NCBI GenBank assembly: GCA_020632995.1
Contig: JACKEN010000001.1
Location: forward strand, 265,140 to 329,139
Source: Deltaproteobacteria bacterium
Lineage (GTDB): Bacteria; Myxococcota; Kuafuiibacteriia; Kuafuiibacteriales; Kuafuiibacteriaceae
Length of the DNA: 64,000 nt
Reading direction: 5' to 3'
Under the pieces are notes generated by a model, which saw only the letters and a list, made by a program, of their open reading frames with translations, did no database searches and was not told the DNA's origin. Made by a program: the position numbers and the translations under genes. Shown here one piece after another: positions 28,601 through 37,807 of the stretch; position 1 is the first letter of the stretch; each line of letters opens with the position of its first letter.

Positions 28601-30885
28601 TGCTTCTTGCCCTCGAGCGCCTCGTAGATCTCCTCCCGCTTGGCCGACAGGTCGGCGAGGAACTCGTCGAACTCCGAGAAGCGCCCCTCGAGATCCTCGA
28701 GCTGGACCATGAGCCGCGACAGCTGCTCGTCACACTTCTCGGGGGAGTCGGCGAGGGCGATGGCGGAGCTCACCGCCTGCCCCAGGAGCTTGAACTGGGC
28801 CGCGAACTCCGCGCGACCCTCCGCCCCCATGAGCTCCTTCTTGCGAGCGAGGATGGTGGCCCGCACCCGGTTGAGGGTGCCGAACACCTCGGAGATGCTC
28901 TCGAGGATCTCGGTGCGCTGGGTGGCGTCCTCGACCTCGAGGCCCGCCACGACCTCGGACAGGAGGTTCAGGCCCTCGGAGAGCTTCTCGACCTGGGTGG
29001 AGAGCGGCTCCACGTCCTTGGCCTTGTCGAGCCCCGCCACCGTGGTGAGGAGCGCCTCCATCTCGGCCATCAGGGGCTTGAAGGCCTCACCGGTGAGGAG
29101 GAAGCCCACGCAGCCCTTGCTCACCCGCTCGAACTGCTCGATGACCGCCTTCTCCAAGGCGTCCACCGCGGCGAGGTCCATGTAGCGGACCTCCTTCAGC
29201 GAGATCAGGTGCCCGCGGTGCGTGCGCAGGTCGGTCATCGCCACCAGGAAGGCGTCGACCTGGCGCCAGTCCTCGGGCCGGAGCTCCCGCACCAGCGCCT
29301 CTTGCGCCTTCTTCGCCTCCGCGAGGGCCTCCTCGGCCTTCTTCCTGAGGGCGAGGACCTTCTCGAACTCACCGACGATCAGATCCGCGTTGTGCTTGAT
29401 CTCGGCGAGCGGCGCCCTGAGGTCGCCCACCTCGTCGTTGGCGAGCCAGTAGTAGGCGTCGAGGGCCCGGGTCACGCCCGCGATCAGGTCCTCGAAGGTG
29501 CTCCGGGTGGGCTTCTCGTTCTCGATGAGGCGCCGGATGCTGAAGCAGTCCGAGATCCCGCGCACCAGCTCCGCGTTCCCCACCCGGCCGAGGAACGAGC
29601 CGTCGGTTGGGGCCTGCGCCGCGAACTCGTCCGACACGAACGGGGTCTGCCAGATCTGCATCGGGTGGACCCGGGTGGGCTCGTCGTTCGAGCGGAACAC
29701 GAGCATGCGCCCGTCCTCGAGGATGGTCATCCCGTGCGCGTGGATCGGGGTGGCGACCTCCTTCTTGATGAGGTTGTAGGGCAGGAGCAGGTAGCGGCCG
29801 GACTCGGGCTGGTAGAAGACGTAGAGCACGTCCTCACCGTTGGGGGCGCGGACCTGTCGCTTGAACACGAGGTCCTTGATGTCCTCGTCGAAGACCTTGT
29901 AGTCGCCGGTCTGCAGGTAGTAGCCGCCCGGGAACACCACCCCGTGATCCTCGGGGAGCTGCACGCAGGCCTGCCCGACCGCGTCGATGCGCCGCACGTC
30001 GTTGTTGCGGGTGTTGAACACCAGGTAGCGCCAGGTGGTCTCCTGGTAGGGCAGGATCTTGAGGAGGATGAGGCCGCCCACCTTCGCGTAGTGGATCTCG
30101 GCGTCGTCCAGGGACTGGCGCGGGTCGTCCACCAGCTCGCGATAGATGCCGAGGCCGTCCTCGGTGTTGTCCTCGACCTTGACGGTGAGATCGCCCCCCA
30201 CCGTCTCCACGAACACCTCGTTCAGGATGTTCACGTGCGGGTGCCGGCCGCGCACGTGGTCGTCGCGGGTGGTGGCCACCCACTCGAAGTCGTGGGAGGG
30301 CGGGTACACGTGATCCCGCTCGCCCCGGTTGTCGATGTACTTCACCTTGCCGGTGGGGCTCACCGCCCACCGGAACGCCTTCACGTCCTCGATCTTGTCG
30401 CCGATCTGGAAGACGGCGAGGAGCTTGCCCTCGGGGCGCCGCACGGTGAGGAGCTTGGCGTCGCGATAGTACCGATAGAGCTCCTCGAACTCCTTGTTGA
30501 AGCCGCCGTCGTCGAAGAGCCCGGGCACCGCGTCGAGGGGCAGGGTCGACAGGTCCACCGCGCCGGCCTCGGACGCGAAGTCGTGCAGGCTGAACACGTC
30601 GGCCACCGCGGTGCCGGTCTTCAGGCCGAGGAACACGTTGTAGCCGAACAGGAGCTTGCCCCCGACGTTCACGATGTCGCGGGGCACGCAGTTGTTCTCG
30701 GTGCGCACCCGGGTGTTGCCCACCACCGTGAGCACGGTGCCGCCGAAGGTCTGGGTGCGCTTCTCGTTCAGGGCGTTGGCCCGTCGCGCCAGCTCCGCCC
30801 CCTGCTCGCGCAGGCGCTTCCTGATGACCTCGTAGCTCCCGCCCTCCATCTGGGCAGAGTCCTGGGTGTCGACTTCACTCGTCAT
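25618..30885 (-). CDS. Giant (1755 aa) coiled-coil protein with a C-terminal AAA_5 (MoxR/dynein-like) P-loop ATPase domain. It is co-operonic with flotillin.
   Basis: LVSPPGYGKTTLMEYM is the Walker A. VMLYLDDIQH is the Walker B. FCVVMAGNP is the sensor. Long helical regions lie upstream. A GGTGAG RBS precedes the ATG at 30885. Confidence 0.75.
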   Translation of the reverse strand: MTSEVDTQDSAQMEGGSYEVIRKRLREQGAELARRANALNEKRTQTFGGTVLTVVGNTRVRTENNCVPRDIVNVGGKLLFGYNVFLGLKTGTAVADVFSLHDFASEAGAVDLSTLPLDAVPGLFDDGGFNKEFEELYRYYRDAKLLTVRRPEGKLLAVFQIGDKIEDVKAFRWAVSPTGKVKYIDNRGERDHVYPPSHDFEWVATTRDDHVRGRHPHVNILNEVFVETVGGDLTVKVEDNTEDGLGIYRELVDDPRQSLDDAEIHYAKVGGLILLKILPYQETTWRYLVFNTRNNDVRRIDAVGQACVQLPEDHGVVFPGGYYLQTGDYKVFDEDIKDLVFKRQVRAPNGEDVLYVFYQPESGRYLLLPYNLIKKEVATPIHAHGMTILEDGRMLVFRSNDEPTRVHPMQIWQTPFVSDEFAAQAPTDGSFLGRVGNAELVRGISDCFSIRRLIENEKPTRSTFEDLIAGVTRALDAYYWLANDEVGDLRAPLAEIKHNADLIVGEFEKVLALRKKAEEALAEAKKAQEALVRELRPEDWRQVDAFLVAMTDLRTHRGHLISLKEVRYMDLAAVDALEKAVIEQFERVSKGCVGFLLTGEAFKPLMAEMEALLTTVAGLDKAKDVEPLSTQVEKLSEGLNLLSEVVAGLEVEDATQRTEILESISEVFGTLNRVRATILARKKELMGAEGRAEFAAQFKLLGQAVSSAIALADSPEKCDEQLSRLMVQLEDLEGRFSEFDEFLADLSAKREEIYEALEGKKQQLMDERQRRAANLGSAATRILEGVQRRTRTFKTDDELNAYFASDPMVMKLRQLVEQLRALGDTVKADDIEARVKSARQDAVRNLRDKQDLFEGGDNVIKLGRHRFTVNTQSFELTMVPRDEDMYLHLTGTDFFEKITDEAFGATKEYWQQQLVSETDEVYRGEYLAASILFDAERGAKGLTMPDLLESARDEQGLLQKVRAYAADRYDEGYERGLHDADAARILERLLAIRQSAGLLRFAPTPRAWACLFWARFTDKEARAVFQRRAQSLGRLRKAFRYSQAEEALAQDLGAAVAAFLAAEGIDHLAADARMAGRYLMEELVAERPSFTTGLDAVRLKAALLEHLELEQSRAAFEEDLSALAESVKERLELARAWTLAFLDNVHADEVAALRPALVEAAVLLLTPDLPRTESAALTRAQVTDLLGQHPRVQSRVLDLRLDEFLSRLTRYIEVRVPGYAAFREARHAVLERERSRLRLDEFKPRVLTSFVRNRLINDVYLPMIGDNLAKQLGAAGENKRTDLMGLLLLVSPPGYGKTTLMEYMASRLGMVFMKVNGPSLGHQVLSLDPAEAPNATARQEVEKVNLAFEMANNVMLYLDDIQHTNPEFLQKFISLCDAQRRVEGVWNGRTRTYDLRGKKFCVVMAGNPYTESGEKFQIPDMLANRADTYNLGDILEGKDEVFALSYIENALTSNPALAPVAARSLPDMHLFIKMARGDEVPQTEFQHSYSGVEIEEITQVLQRLFKVQDVLLKVNLQYIQSASQDDRFRTEPRFQLQGSYRNMNKLAEKTVAAMNDEELQRLVTDHYQGESQTLTSGAEANLLKLAELRKIMTAAETARWDQIKKDFRRLQVQGGGDDDPVTRMTSTLGALGEQLEGIKGRIEAAVAQAQEQAAVEAARAGEGQAWLVPHLERLDKAVQALAQPKLSVALKTEAPKELQDILTRQLAALEASLVPLVHTSARNLEEVRALGRPLLELIELLKLNALAQGASPRAS

Positions 30886-30952
30886 GGGTGCTCACCGTCG
30901 CGGGAGGTGGGCCCCCTCCGCGGGGAGGGGGCCCGGAGTCAAAGCTGCAGGC

Positions 30953-33049
30953 CTAGTTGACGTTCCGGCCCTTGGGGGCGGGGAGGGTGTCCACCCCGAG
31001 CTCCTGGGCCTTCTCCAACAGGGTCTCCAGCTTGCCCTTCATCTGGTCGTCGGCGTTCACCATCAGGCTCCCCAGCAGGCCCGAGATGCTCAGGTTCTGC
31101 AGGTCCTTGGTGGACAGCCCGCCGATCGCCTGCAGGACCTCGCCGGGGAGGTTGCCGCCCCCGCCCAGGTACTTGCCGAAGAGCTGCTGGACGCTGTCGC
31201 TCTGGTCCACGAAGCCGTCCACCGACTTGCCCACCGACACCGCGTTGACGAAGCGGTCGAAGAACTGCCCGTCGCCGCCCACGATGTTGATCTTGGCCGC
31301 CGCGAACGCCTCCTTGAGGATGGCCGCGCGGGCGTCCGCGATCTTCTGCTGGGCCTCGATGTGGGCGAGCTCGACCTGCTTGTCCTTCTCGAGCCGGAGC
31401 CGGAACTCCTCGTGCTCGCGACCCACGCCGTCGAGGGCCTTCATCGCGTCGGCCTTCTCGGCCAGGCCCTTGGCCTCCGCGGTGAGCTTCTTCTCGATCG
31501 CCACCGCCTCGGCCTCGCCCTGCTTCTGCACCACCGTGGCCTCGGCCAGGCCCCGGCGCTCCACCGCGTCGGCCTCGGCCATCTTGCCCTGGGCCTCCGC
31601 CTCCATCTGGGTCTTGGTGACGCGGGCCTTGGCGCCGCCCTCCTTCTCGAGGGCGATCGCGTCCGCCTCACGCACCTTCACCTTGGCGAGCCCCTCGGCC
31701 GCCACCTCGGCCTGGACACCTTCGGCCAGCCGGATCTTGGCCTTGGCGGTGCGGTCCGCCGCCTCGAGGTCGGCGTCGGCCAGCGTCAACTTCTCCTTCG
31801 CCTTGTGGCGCGCCACGTTCTCCTGGGCCTCCGCCGCCTTCACGTTGGAGATCATCTTCTCCTCGGCCTGGGCGGACGCGGCGGTCACCTGGACCTCCTT
31901 GTTCCGCTTGGCCTCGGCGATCGCCCGGGTGTCCTTGATGCGCTCCTCCTCCTCGGCCACCGTCTTCTCGACCGCGATGCGGCCGCGGATGACGTCGGCG
32001 ATCTCCTTCTTCTGGACCTCGACCTCCTTCTCCTTCTGGATCCGGTTGAGCTCGGTCTCGCGCTCACGGGAGATCTGCTCGAGCATGCGGTCCTTCTCGA
32101 CCCGCTCGGTCTCGATCGCGATGACCCGCTCGCGGTTCTTCTGGGCCACCTGCACCTGCCGCTCCTTGGCCTCCTCGGTGACCTTGATGTCCTCCTCGGT
32201 CTTGATGCGGGCGAGCTGGGCCTTCCGGAACTCCTCGGCCTGGATCTTCTGGGCCTCGGCCTCCTCGCGCGCCTTCACCGAGGCGATCTCACGCGCCTGC
32301 TTGGCCTTGGCCTCCTCCTCCTGGCGGATCAGGGCCAGCACCGCCTCCTCGGCCTCGACGTTCTGCTTCTTGATCGCCTTGCGCTCGGCCTGACGCAGCT
32401 CGTTGGTCTGGATGTTCTGCTGGGTGGTGAGGTCGGTGATCTTCCGGATGCCGTGCGCGTCCAGGATGTTGTCCTTGTCGAGGACCTCGACCGGGGTCTG
32501 CTCGAGGTAGTCGATCGCCGCGTCGTCCAGCACGTAGCCGTTCAGGTCACGGCCGATGGTGCGCACGATCTCGTCCTTGAAGTCCTCGCGCTTGGTGTAC
32601 AGCTCGACGAAGTCCAGCTGCTTGCCCACCGTCTTGAGGGCCTCGGAGAACTTGGCGTTGAACAGCTCCTCCAGGGTGCCCTGGTCGGAGGCGCGCACGC
32701 AGCCCACCTGCTGCGCCACCTTGAGCACGTCCTCGGTGGTCTTGTTCACCTTCACGAAGAAGGTCACCTTGATGTCCGCGCGGATGTTGTCCTTGCAGAT
32801 CAGGCCCTCCTTGCCGCGGCGGTCGATCTCGATGGTCTTCACCGAGATGTCCATGACCTCCGCGCGGTGCACGATGGGGAGCACCAACCCGCCGGTGAAC
32901 GTGACCTCCGGCTCCTTGGATACCTTGTTGATGATGAGGGCTCGACCCTGCTCCACCTTCCGGTAGAACTTCGCCACCATGAAGGCGAAGCCGATCAAGA
33001 CCAGCAGGACGATGCCTGCGATGGTCGCAAAGAAGATCAAGTTGCCCAT
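30953..33049 (-). CDS. Flotillin-family SPFH/band-7 protein (YqiK/FloT-like) with a long Glu/Ala/Lys-rich coiled coil
   Basis: There is an N-terminal TM (MGNLIFFATIAGIVLLVLIGFAFMV). An SPFH domain follows, and then a heptad-rich region of about 400 aa. The RBS is GAGGGGAG. Confidence 0.85.
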   Translation of the reverse strand: MGNLIFFATIAGIVLLVLIGFAFMVAKFYRKVEQGRALIINKVSKEPEVTFTGGLVLPIVHRAEVMDISVKTIEIDRRGKEGLICKDNIRADIKVTFFVKVNKTTEDVLKVAQQVGCVRASDQGTLEELFNAKFSEALKTVGKQLDFVELYTKREDFKDEIVRTIGRDLNGYVLDDAAIDYLEQTPVEVLDKDNILDAHGIRKITDLTTQQNIQTNELRQAERKAIKKQNVEAEEAVLALIRQEEEAKAKQAREIASVKAREEAEAQKIQAEEFRKAQLARIKTEEDIKVTEEAKERQVQVAQKNRERVIAIETERVEKDRMLEQISRERETELNRIQKEKEVEVQKKEIADVIRGRIAVEKTVAEEEERIKDTRAIAEAKRNKEVQVTAASAQAEEKMISNVKAAEAQENVARHKAKEKLTLADADLEAADRTAKAKIRLAEGVQAEVAAEGLAKVKVREADAIALEKEGGAKARVTKTQMEAEAQGKMAEADAVERRGLAEATVVQKQGEAEAVAIEKKLTAEAKGLAEKADAMKALDGVGREHEEFRLRLEKDKQVELAHIEAQQKIADARAAILKEAFAAAKINIVGGDGQFFDRFVNAVSVGKSVDGFVDQSDSVQQLFGKYLGGGGNLPGEVLQAIGGLSTKDLQNLSISGLLGSLMVNADDQMKGKLETLLEKAQELGVDTLPAPKGRNVN

Positions 33050-33164
33050 CTGACTCCCCTCGCTCTCGATACAGTGGCCCCTCGGGCCGGTTAAGCCCAC
33101 GGCCTCGCCGTGGTAGTACGGGTCAATCCGGCCCGCAAGGCTGGCCCCTGCAAGCCGTGCCGGC

Positions 33165-33911
33165 CTATGACGTGCGTTCGCGCCGGCCCAGGGCTTCCAC
33201 CTTGAACACCTCGCGCTCCGGGTCGTAGGCGATGATCAGGGCCTCGTCGCCCCGCCTGAGGTCGTTCGCCTGCTCACACACCACGTGGACCTTCATCCAG
33301 CCGCCGTCCTCCTCGATCGTGGCCAGGCCGAAGCGCTGATCCACCGTCCCCGTCTCGATCCGGCACGTCCGGCCGACGAGGTCCTCTCGACTGCCGGCCT
33401 TGTGGGTCTCGAACAGCGGCGCGAGCGGCCGCGCGGTGATCCCGGTCAGCGGCATCGCCACCACGAACGCCAGGACCGCGACCACCCCGGCCGACACTAC
33501 CGGCGGCAGGACGCCGTCGAGGATCGGGGCGAGGTACGCCATCCCGAGGAAGCAGAACGCCCACGCGGCCAGGATCATGAGGCTCGCGATCACCGTGAAA
33601 GGCGCCTTGCGGAGCCCGATGAACGACGCGAGGCTCATGCCCTCGGTCAGCCCGTCGTGGGCGTGGCCCGCGGCCTCCGCCGCGCCGTCTCCCGCCGCGT
33701 CCGCGGCGCCGTCCAGCGCCCCGTCCGCCGCGCCATCCATCGCGCTGTCGAGGGCCCCGTCCAGCGCGCCGTCACCCGCGCCGTCGAAGTTGAACATGTC
33801 CATGTCCAGCGCGCCGACGATGACGAACACCCAGTAGATGAGCACCACGGCGAGGAGCGCGGTGTAGAACACGGTCGGGAACGCCATGATCTGATGAAGG
33901 AACTCGGTCAT
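33165..33911 (-). CDS. NfeD/YqiJ-like membrane protein with a C-terminal OB-fold. It is the usual flotillin partner.
   Basis: TM helices flank a DG/A-rich acidic loop (GDGALDGALDSAMDGAADGALDG). The C-terminus is beta-rich. It is the first gene of the operon, directly upstream of flotillin. Confidence 0.6.
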   Translation of the reverse strand: MTEFLHQIMAFPTVFYTALLAVVLIYWVFVIVGALDMDMFNFDGAGDGALDGALDSAMDGAADGALDGAADAAGDGAAEAAGHAHDGLTEGMSLASFIGLRKAPFTVIASLMILAAWAFCFLGMAYLAPILDGVLPPVVSAGVVAVLAFVVAMPLTGITARPLAPLFETHKAGSREDLVGRTCRIETGTVDQRFGLATIEEDGGWMKVHVVCEQANDLRRGDEALIIAYDPEREVFKVEALGRRERTS

Positions 33912-34044
33912 CTTCCGGCTCTCCCGTATGAAAGGCACCGCTACACACCGGTCTACACGATTCGGTCATGGGACCGTCGGCGCCGCGCGAAACCCCCCGC
34001 TTGTACTACCGCCCGGGGTTGTCGCAAACCGGGCGCGGCTTACT

Positions 34045-37000
34045 ATGGCGACGTTGAGCCGCGCCGCACGCACCGTCCTCCTGGTGGGCCACGATGAGGC
34101 CACCCGCGCCCGGCTCGAGGTCCGGGCCCGGCTCCGCGGGCTCGAGCCCGTGTCCTGCGTCACGGGGGAGGCCGCCCTGACCCGGGCCGAGGCCGAACCG
34201 CCGTTCGCGGTCATCTCGGCCCTCGTGCTCCCCGGCGCCAGCGGCCTCGTCGTCCTGGCGGAGCTCGAGCGGCGCTGGCCGGGCACCCACACCGTCCTCC
34301 TCTCCGACATCCCGCCCGGGCCCTCACCCCAGGCCCGGGCGCGCCTCGCGGTCGACGCGATCCTGGTCCGACGCGGGGCCTGGGAGCCGGCGGTGGTGCA
34401 GGCCGCCTTGCAGACGCCGGTGGTCGACGCCTCGCTCGACCCCGCGCTGGACTCGGGCGACCCAGAGGCGGTGGCCGCCCTCGTTCGGGCCGCGGCCCTC
34501 GACGAGGCCGGGGAGGCCCTGGCCCTCACCCACCTCGCGGCCGCCGCGCCACCGCAGGTTGCCCTGCCGATCCTGGAGGAGGCCCTCAGCCTCTCGCCCC
34601 CCCGGCCGGCCCGCTTCGTGACCGCGCTCGACGTGGCGGCGGGCCTGGGGGAGGCCGGCCTGGAGGTGGTGATCCGGGTGGCGGAGGCGGCGGACGCGCC
34701 GCCGGAGGTCCGGGGCCGGGCGATGCGGCGGGTGGCGGCCACCGCGCCGCTCCCGTCCGTCCGGGCCTGCCTCGGGCCGCTCCTCTCCGATCCCAGGCTG
34801 GCCCTCGACGCGGCCGACGCCCTGATGGAGGCGGCCACCGCGGCGGGCCCGGAGGGGTTCGAGGTGCTCCGGGAGCTCTGCACCACCGACGCCACCCCGG
34901 AGTCGGTGCGGGTGGCCGCGCTGGGCCACCTCTTCGAGGCCTTCGGCCGGGCCGAGGTCGCCCCGGTCCTCTCCGCCCTGACCCGCGCCGCCCCGCCCGC
35001 GCTCAAGGCCGAGGCCTCACGCCTGCTCGCGCGGGCCGACGAGTTCAGCCTCGAGGCCCTGGTGGCGGCGGCCGAGGATCCCGCCCGGCCGGTGGCGGAG
35101 CGCAAGGCGGCGCTGGCCCGGGCCGCGGCGGACCTCCCGAAGGCGGAGGCCCTCGCCCTGTTGGAGCGGGCTCAGGTGGCGGAGGCGCCGGCCCTCGCCC
35201 TGGCCGGGTTCGAGCTGGCCGCGAGCCGGGCGGACACCGACTTCGAGGCGACCTTCACCCGCGCCGCGCGCGCGGGTGCGGGGGCGCTGCAAGCCGTCCT
35301 GCTCGGGATCATGAAGCTCGGGCCCCGCGGGGCGCCGGCGCTGGAGCGGCTGGTCTTTGCCCCGTGGGTGCCGCCGACGGTGCGGGGGCAGGCCCTGCGC
35401 CTGCTCGCCCTGCGCTTCCCGGCTCGGATCGCGGCGCCCAAGGTGCAACAGAGCCTGCAAGGTGAGGACGAGGTCCTCCACGACGCGGCGGTCCTCGCGG
35501 CGCTGCAGCTCGGCCGCACCGGGTGGGCCCTGCTGTACTCCACCCTGAGCTCGTCCGCCCCGCCCACGGCGCGGGCGGCGGCCCTCGCGGCCCTCGATCG
35601 CCACGCCCCGGCCGAGCTCGTGCAAGAAGCCTTGCGGCGCGCCTCCCGGGACCCCAACCCCGCGGTGCGCTGGGCCGCGGTGCGTGCCGCGGCCCGGCGG
35701 ACGGGGGCGGAGGTGGCGCGGATGCTCCCGGCCCTCGCCCGGGCCGGGGATCCGAGCCTCTTCGAGGCGGCCCTCGACGGCGCCCGGGCCCTGGGGGAGG
35801 CGGGGTTCTCGGGCCTCGCCGCCCTCGCCACCCGCCCGGAGGTGCCGACGCCGACCCGGCGCCGGGCCCTGGCGGTGCTCGCGGCCGAGTTCACCCCCGA
35901 CGAGGTCGCGCCGGTGCTCGCGGCCGCGCGCCTGAGCCCGTCCGAGGCCGCGCCGGCCGCCGCCCCTCGGGTGGCGCCCGGCCCCGCTCCGGTGGCCGCG
36001 GCCTGGGACACCTCCGCCCCCGCGCGCCCCGCGCTCCCGCGGGCGGAGGGGCTGGGGCCGAGGGTGGAGTCATGGGAGGTCGCGGACACCCGGCCCACGC
36101 CCCCGGCGACGGACGGTGCTCAGGAGGTGCCCGGGGCCGAAGGCCTCGGGGCAGCCGCGGCGGGTGGGCCGGCGCTCGCAGCGCATGGGCCAGGAGCTGG
36201 AGCCGATGCGCCTGGATCGACGGCTGGGGTGCGTGGGGCCGCGGCGCCAGGGCCGGCGGCCGGCGCGGATGCGGCCGGGGTGCTCGATCCTGCGGCCGCA
36301 GCGGCCGGGGGCGGTGCGCCCGCAGCGGCTGGGGCCGAGGGGGCTGGCCGGCCGATGCTCCCCGCCTCCGAGGCGCCGACCCAGCCCGCGGCGCCCGCAG
36401 GACAGCCTGCGCAGCGCTCAGGCCAGCTCGCAGCGCACCCGGCGCAAGCAGCCCAGCCTTCGCCAGGCTCCGACCAACGCGCAGCTCACCCTGCGCCAGC
36501 TCCGCACCCCACCGTGAGCGACCTGACACCCCCCGCCGCAGGCCAGCCTGCGCCGCCCCTCGCCGAGGGCACGACCTGGCTGCCGTCCGGGCGGGTGCGC
36601 CCCCCGTCGCCCCAGGGGGCGCGGCAGATCAGCCTGCGCCGGGCCTCCGAGGCCCTGACGTCGGCCCTGCGCCTGGGCCGGGACGGCTACCGTGGCCTCA
36701 GGACCCTGACCGAGTCGGGGCGCGTCCCCGTGCAGGTGCGGGTGCAGGCCCTCCGGCACCTCGCGGCCGACTTCGGCGATCGGGACGTGAGCCCGATCCT
36801 GGAGCGGGCGATGGCCTCCGACGTCCCCGGGCTCCAGAACGCCGCGCTGTCCGCGGTGATGCTGCGGCGGGACGCGGCCCTCGGGCCGCTGGTGACCCTG
36901 TCGACCCGGCCCGACGTCGAGGTGGCCACCCGGGTGCGGGCGGTGCGCTTCATGGCGTCACGCTTCCCGAAGGCCGAGACCCGAGCCAGCCTCGAGGCTC

Positions 37001-37272
37001 TCCTCGAGGCCGGCGACCCCGACGTCCGGCGGGCCGCCCTCGAGGCGCTGTTCACCTCGATGCGCTTCGTGCCGCCCGACCAGGTCGAGGCGGGGCTGGT
37101 GAACATCCTGAAGGAGCACCACGAGCTCGAGGTCCGCGTCTCCGCCGCGCGGGCCCTCGGGGCCTTCGGCGGCCACCAGGCGCAGTCTGCCTTGCGGTGG
37201 GCGGCGGGCTTCTCGGGCGACGGCGCGCTCAAGCAAGCGGCGCGGGAGGCGCTCGAGCGGCTCAAGGAATAG
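34045..37272 (+). CDS. Response-regulator receiver (REC)-like domain fused to extensive HEAT/PBS-lyase-like repeats with a low-complexity Ala/Pro linker
   Basis: The N-terminus TVLLVGHDEATRARL...VISALVLPGASGLVVLAELER...VLLSD resembles a REC domain. Many VRxAAxxAL helical repeats follow. The ATG is at 34045. Confidence 0.55.
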   Translation: MATLSRAARTVLLVGHDEATRARLEVRARLRGLEPVSCVTGEAALTRAEAEPPFAVISALVLPGASGLVVLAELERRWPGTHTVLLSDIPPGPSPQARARLAVDAILVRRGAWEPAVVQAALQTPVVDASLDPALDSGDPEAVAALVRAAALDEAGEALALTHLAAAAPPQVALPILEEALSLSPPRPARFVTALDVAAGLGEAGLEVVIRVAEAADAPPEVRGRAMRRVAATAPLPSVRACLGPLLSDPRLALDAADALMEAATAAGPEGFEVLRELCTTDATPESVRVAALGHLFEAFGRAEVAPVLSALTRAAPPALKAEASRLLARADEFSLEALVAAAEDPARPVAERKAALARAAADLPKAEALALLERAQVAEAPALALAGFELAASRADTDFEATFTRAARAGAGALQAVLLGIMKLGPRGAPALERLVFAPWVPPTVRGQALRLLALRFPARIAAPKVQQSLQGEDEVLHDAAVLAALQLGRTGWALLYSTLSSSAPPTARAAALAALDRHAPAELVQEALRRASRDPNPAVRWAAVRAAARRTGAEVARMLPALARAGDPSLFEAALDGARALGEAGFSGLAALATRPEVPTPTRRRALAVLAAEFTPDEVAPVLAAARLSPSEAAPAAAPRVAPGPAPVAAAWDTSAPARPALPRAEGLGPRVESWEVADTRPTPPATDGAQEVPGAEGLGAAAAGGPALAAHGPGAGADAPGSTAGVRGAAAPGPAAGADAAGVLDPAAAAAGGGAPAAAGAEGAGRPMLPASEAPTQPAAPAGQPAQRSGQLAAHPAQAAQPSPGSDQRAAHPAPAPHPTVSDLTPPAAGQPAPPLAEGTTWLPSGRVRPPSPQGARQISLRRASEALTSALRLGRDGYRGLRTLTESGRVPVQVRVQALRHLAADFGDRDVSPILERAMASDVPGLQNAALSAVMLRRDAALGPLVTLSTRPDVEVATRVRAVRFMASRFPKAETRASLEALLEAGDPDVRRAALEALFTSMRFVPPDQVEAGLVNILKEHHELEVRVSAARALGAFGGHQAQSALRWAAGFSGDGALKQAAREALERLKE

Positions 37273-37279
37273 CGGGAAG

Positions 37280-37756
37280 CTATTGGCTGGAGCCGTCGCC
37301 GCGCACGTCCTCGCAGCCCGCGGGCAACCACACGCTGGTGTGCATCAGGGTCGCGTAGGTGGTGCAGCGCTGGGCGACGGCCACGTCGGGCTCCGGGTAG
37401 GAGGTGCCGTCGGAGCGCTTGGTGGTGGGCGGGTCGTAGTAGTAGGCGGCCGCGTGGACCTCCGGGCACTCATCGAAGGCGGTGGTGATCCGCACCTCGA
37501 GGGGCCCGGAGCTCGGCAGCTGGGTGCAGATGCTCGTGGTCGCGTCGGCGCCCGCGTACTGGATCTCGGTCCGGACCCCGCGCACCTGCAGGTACACGTC
37601 CTTCGGCGCGACGATGCCCCCGGCGTCGTCCACCAGGTAGACCGAGACCGTGCCGTCCTCGGCCACGTCGATGGAGACGAGGCCGGAGGGCACACCCCCG
37701 CATGCGCTCAGGGCGACCCCCGCGGCCAGGAGCCACGCCGTCGACCAGATCCTCAT
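37280..37756 (-). CDS. Small lipoprotein, hypothetical
   Basis: MRIWSTAWLLAAGVALSAC is the signal and lipobox. The protein is 158 aa with 4 further Cys. Confidence 0.5.
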   Translation of the reverse strand: MRIWSTAWLLAAGVALSACGGVPSGLVSIDVAEDGTVSVYLVDDAGGIVAPKDVYLQVRGVRTEIQYAGADATTSICTQLPSSGPLEVRITTAFDECPEVHAAAYYYDPPTTKRSDGTSYPEPDVAVAQRCTTYATLMHTSVWLPAGCEDVRGDGSSQ

Positions 37757-37807
37757 GCGGTTAAGGGGTCGGCGGTCCGGGGCGCGATTTGAGTCACGTG
37801 GTGGCGA

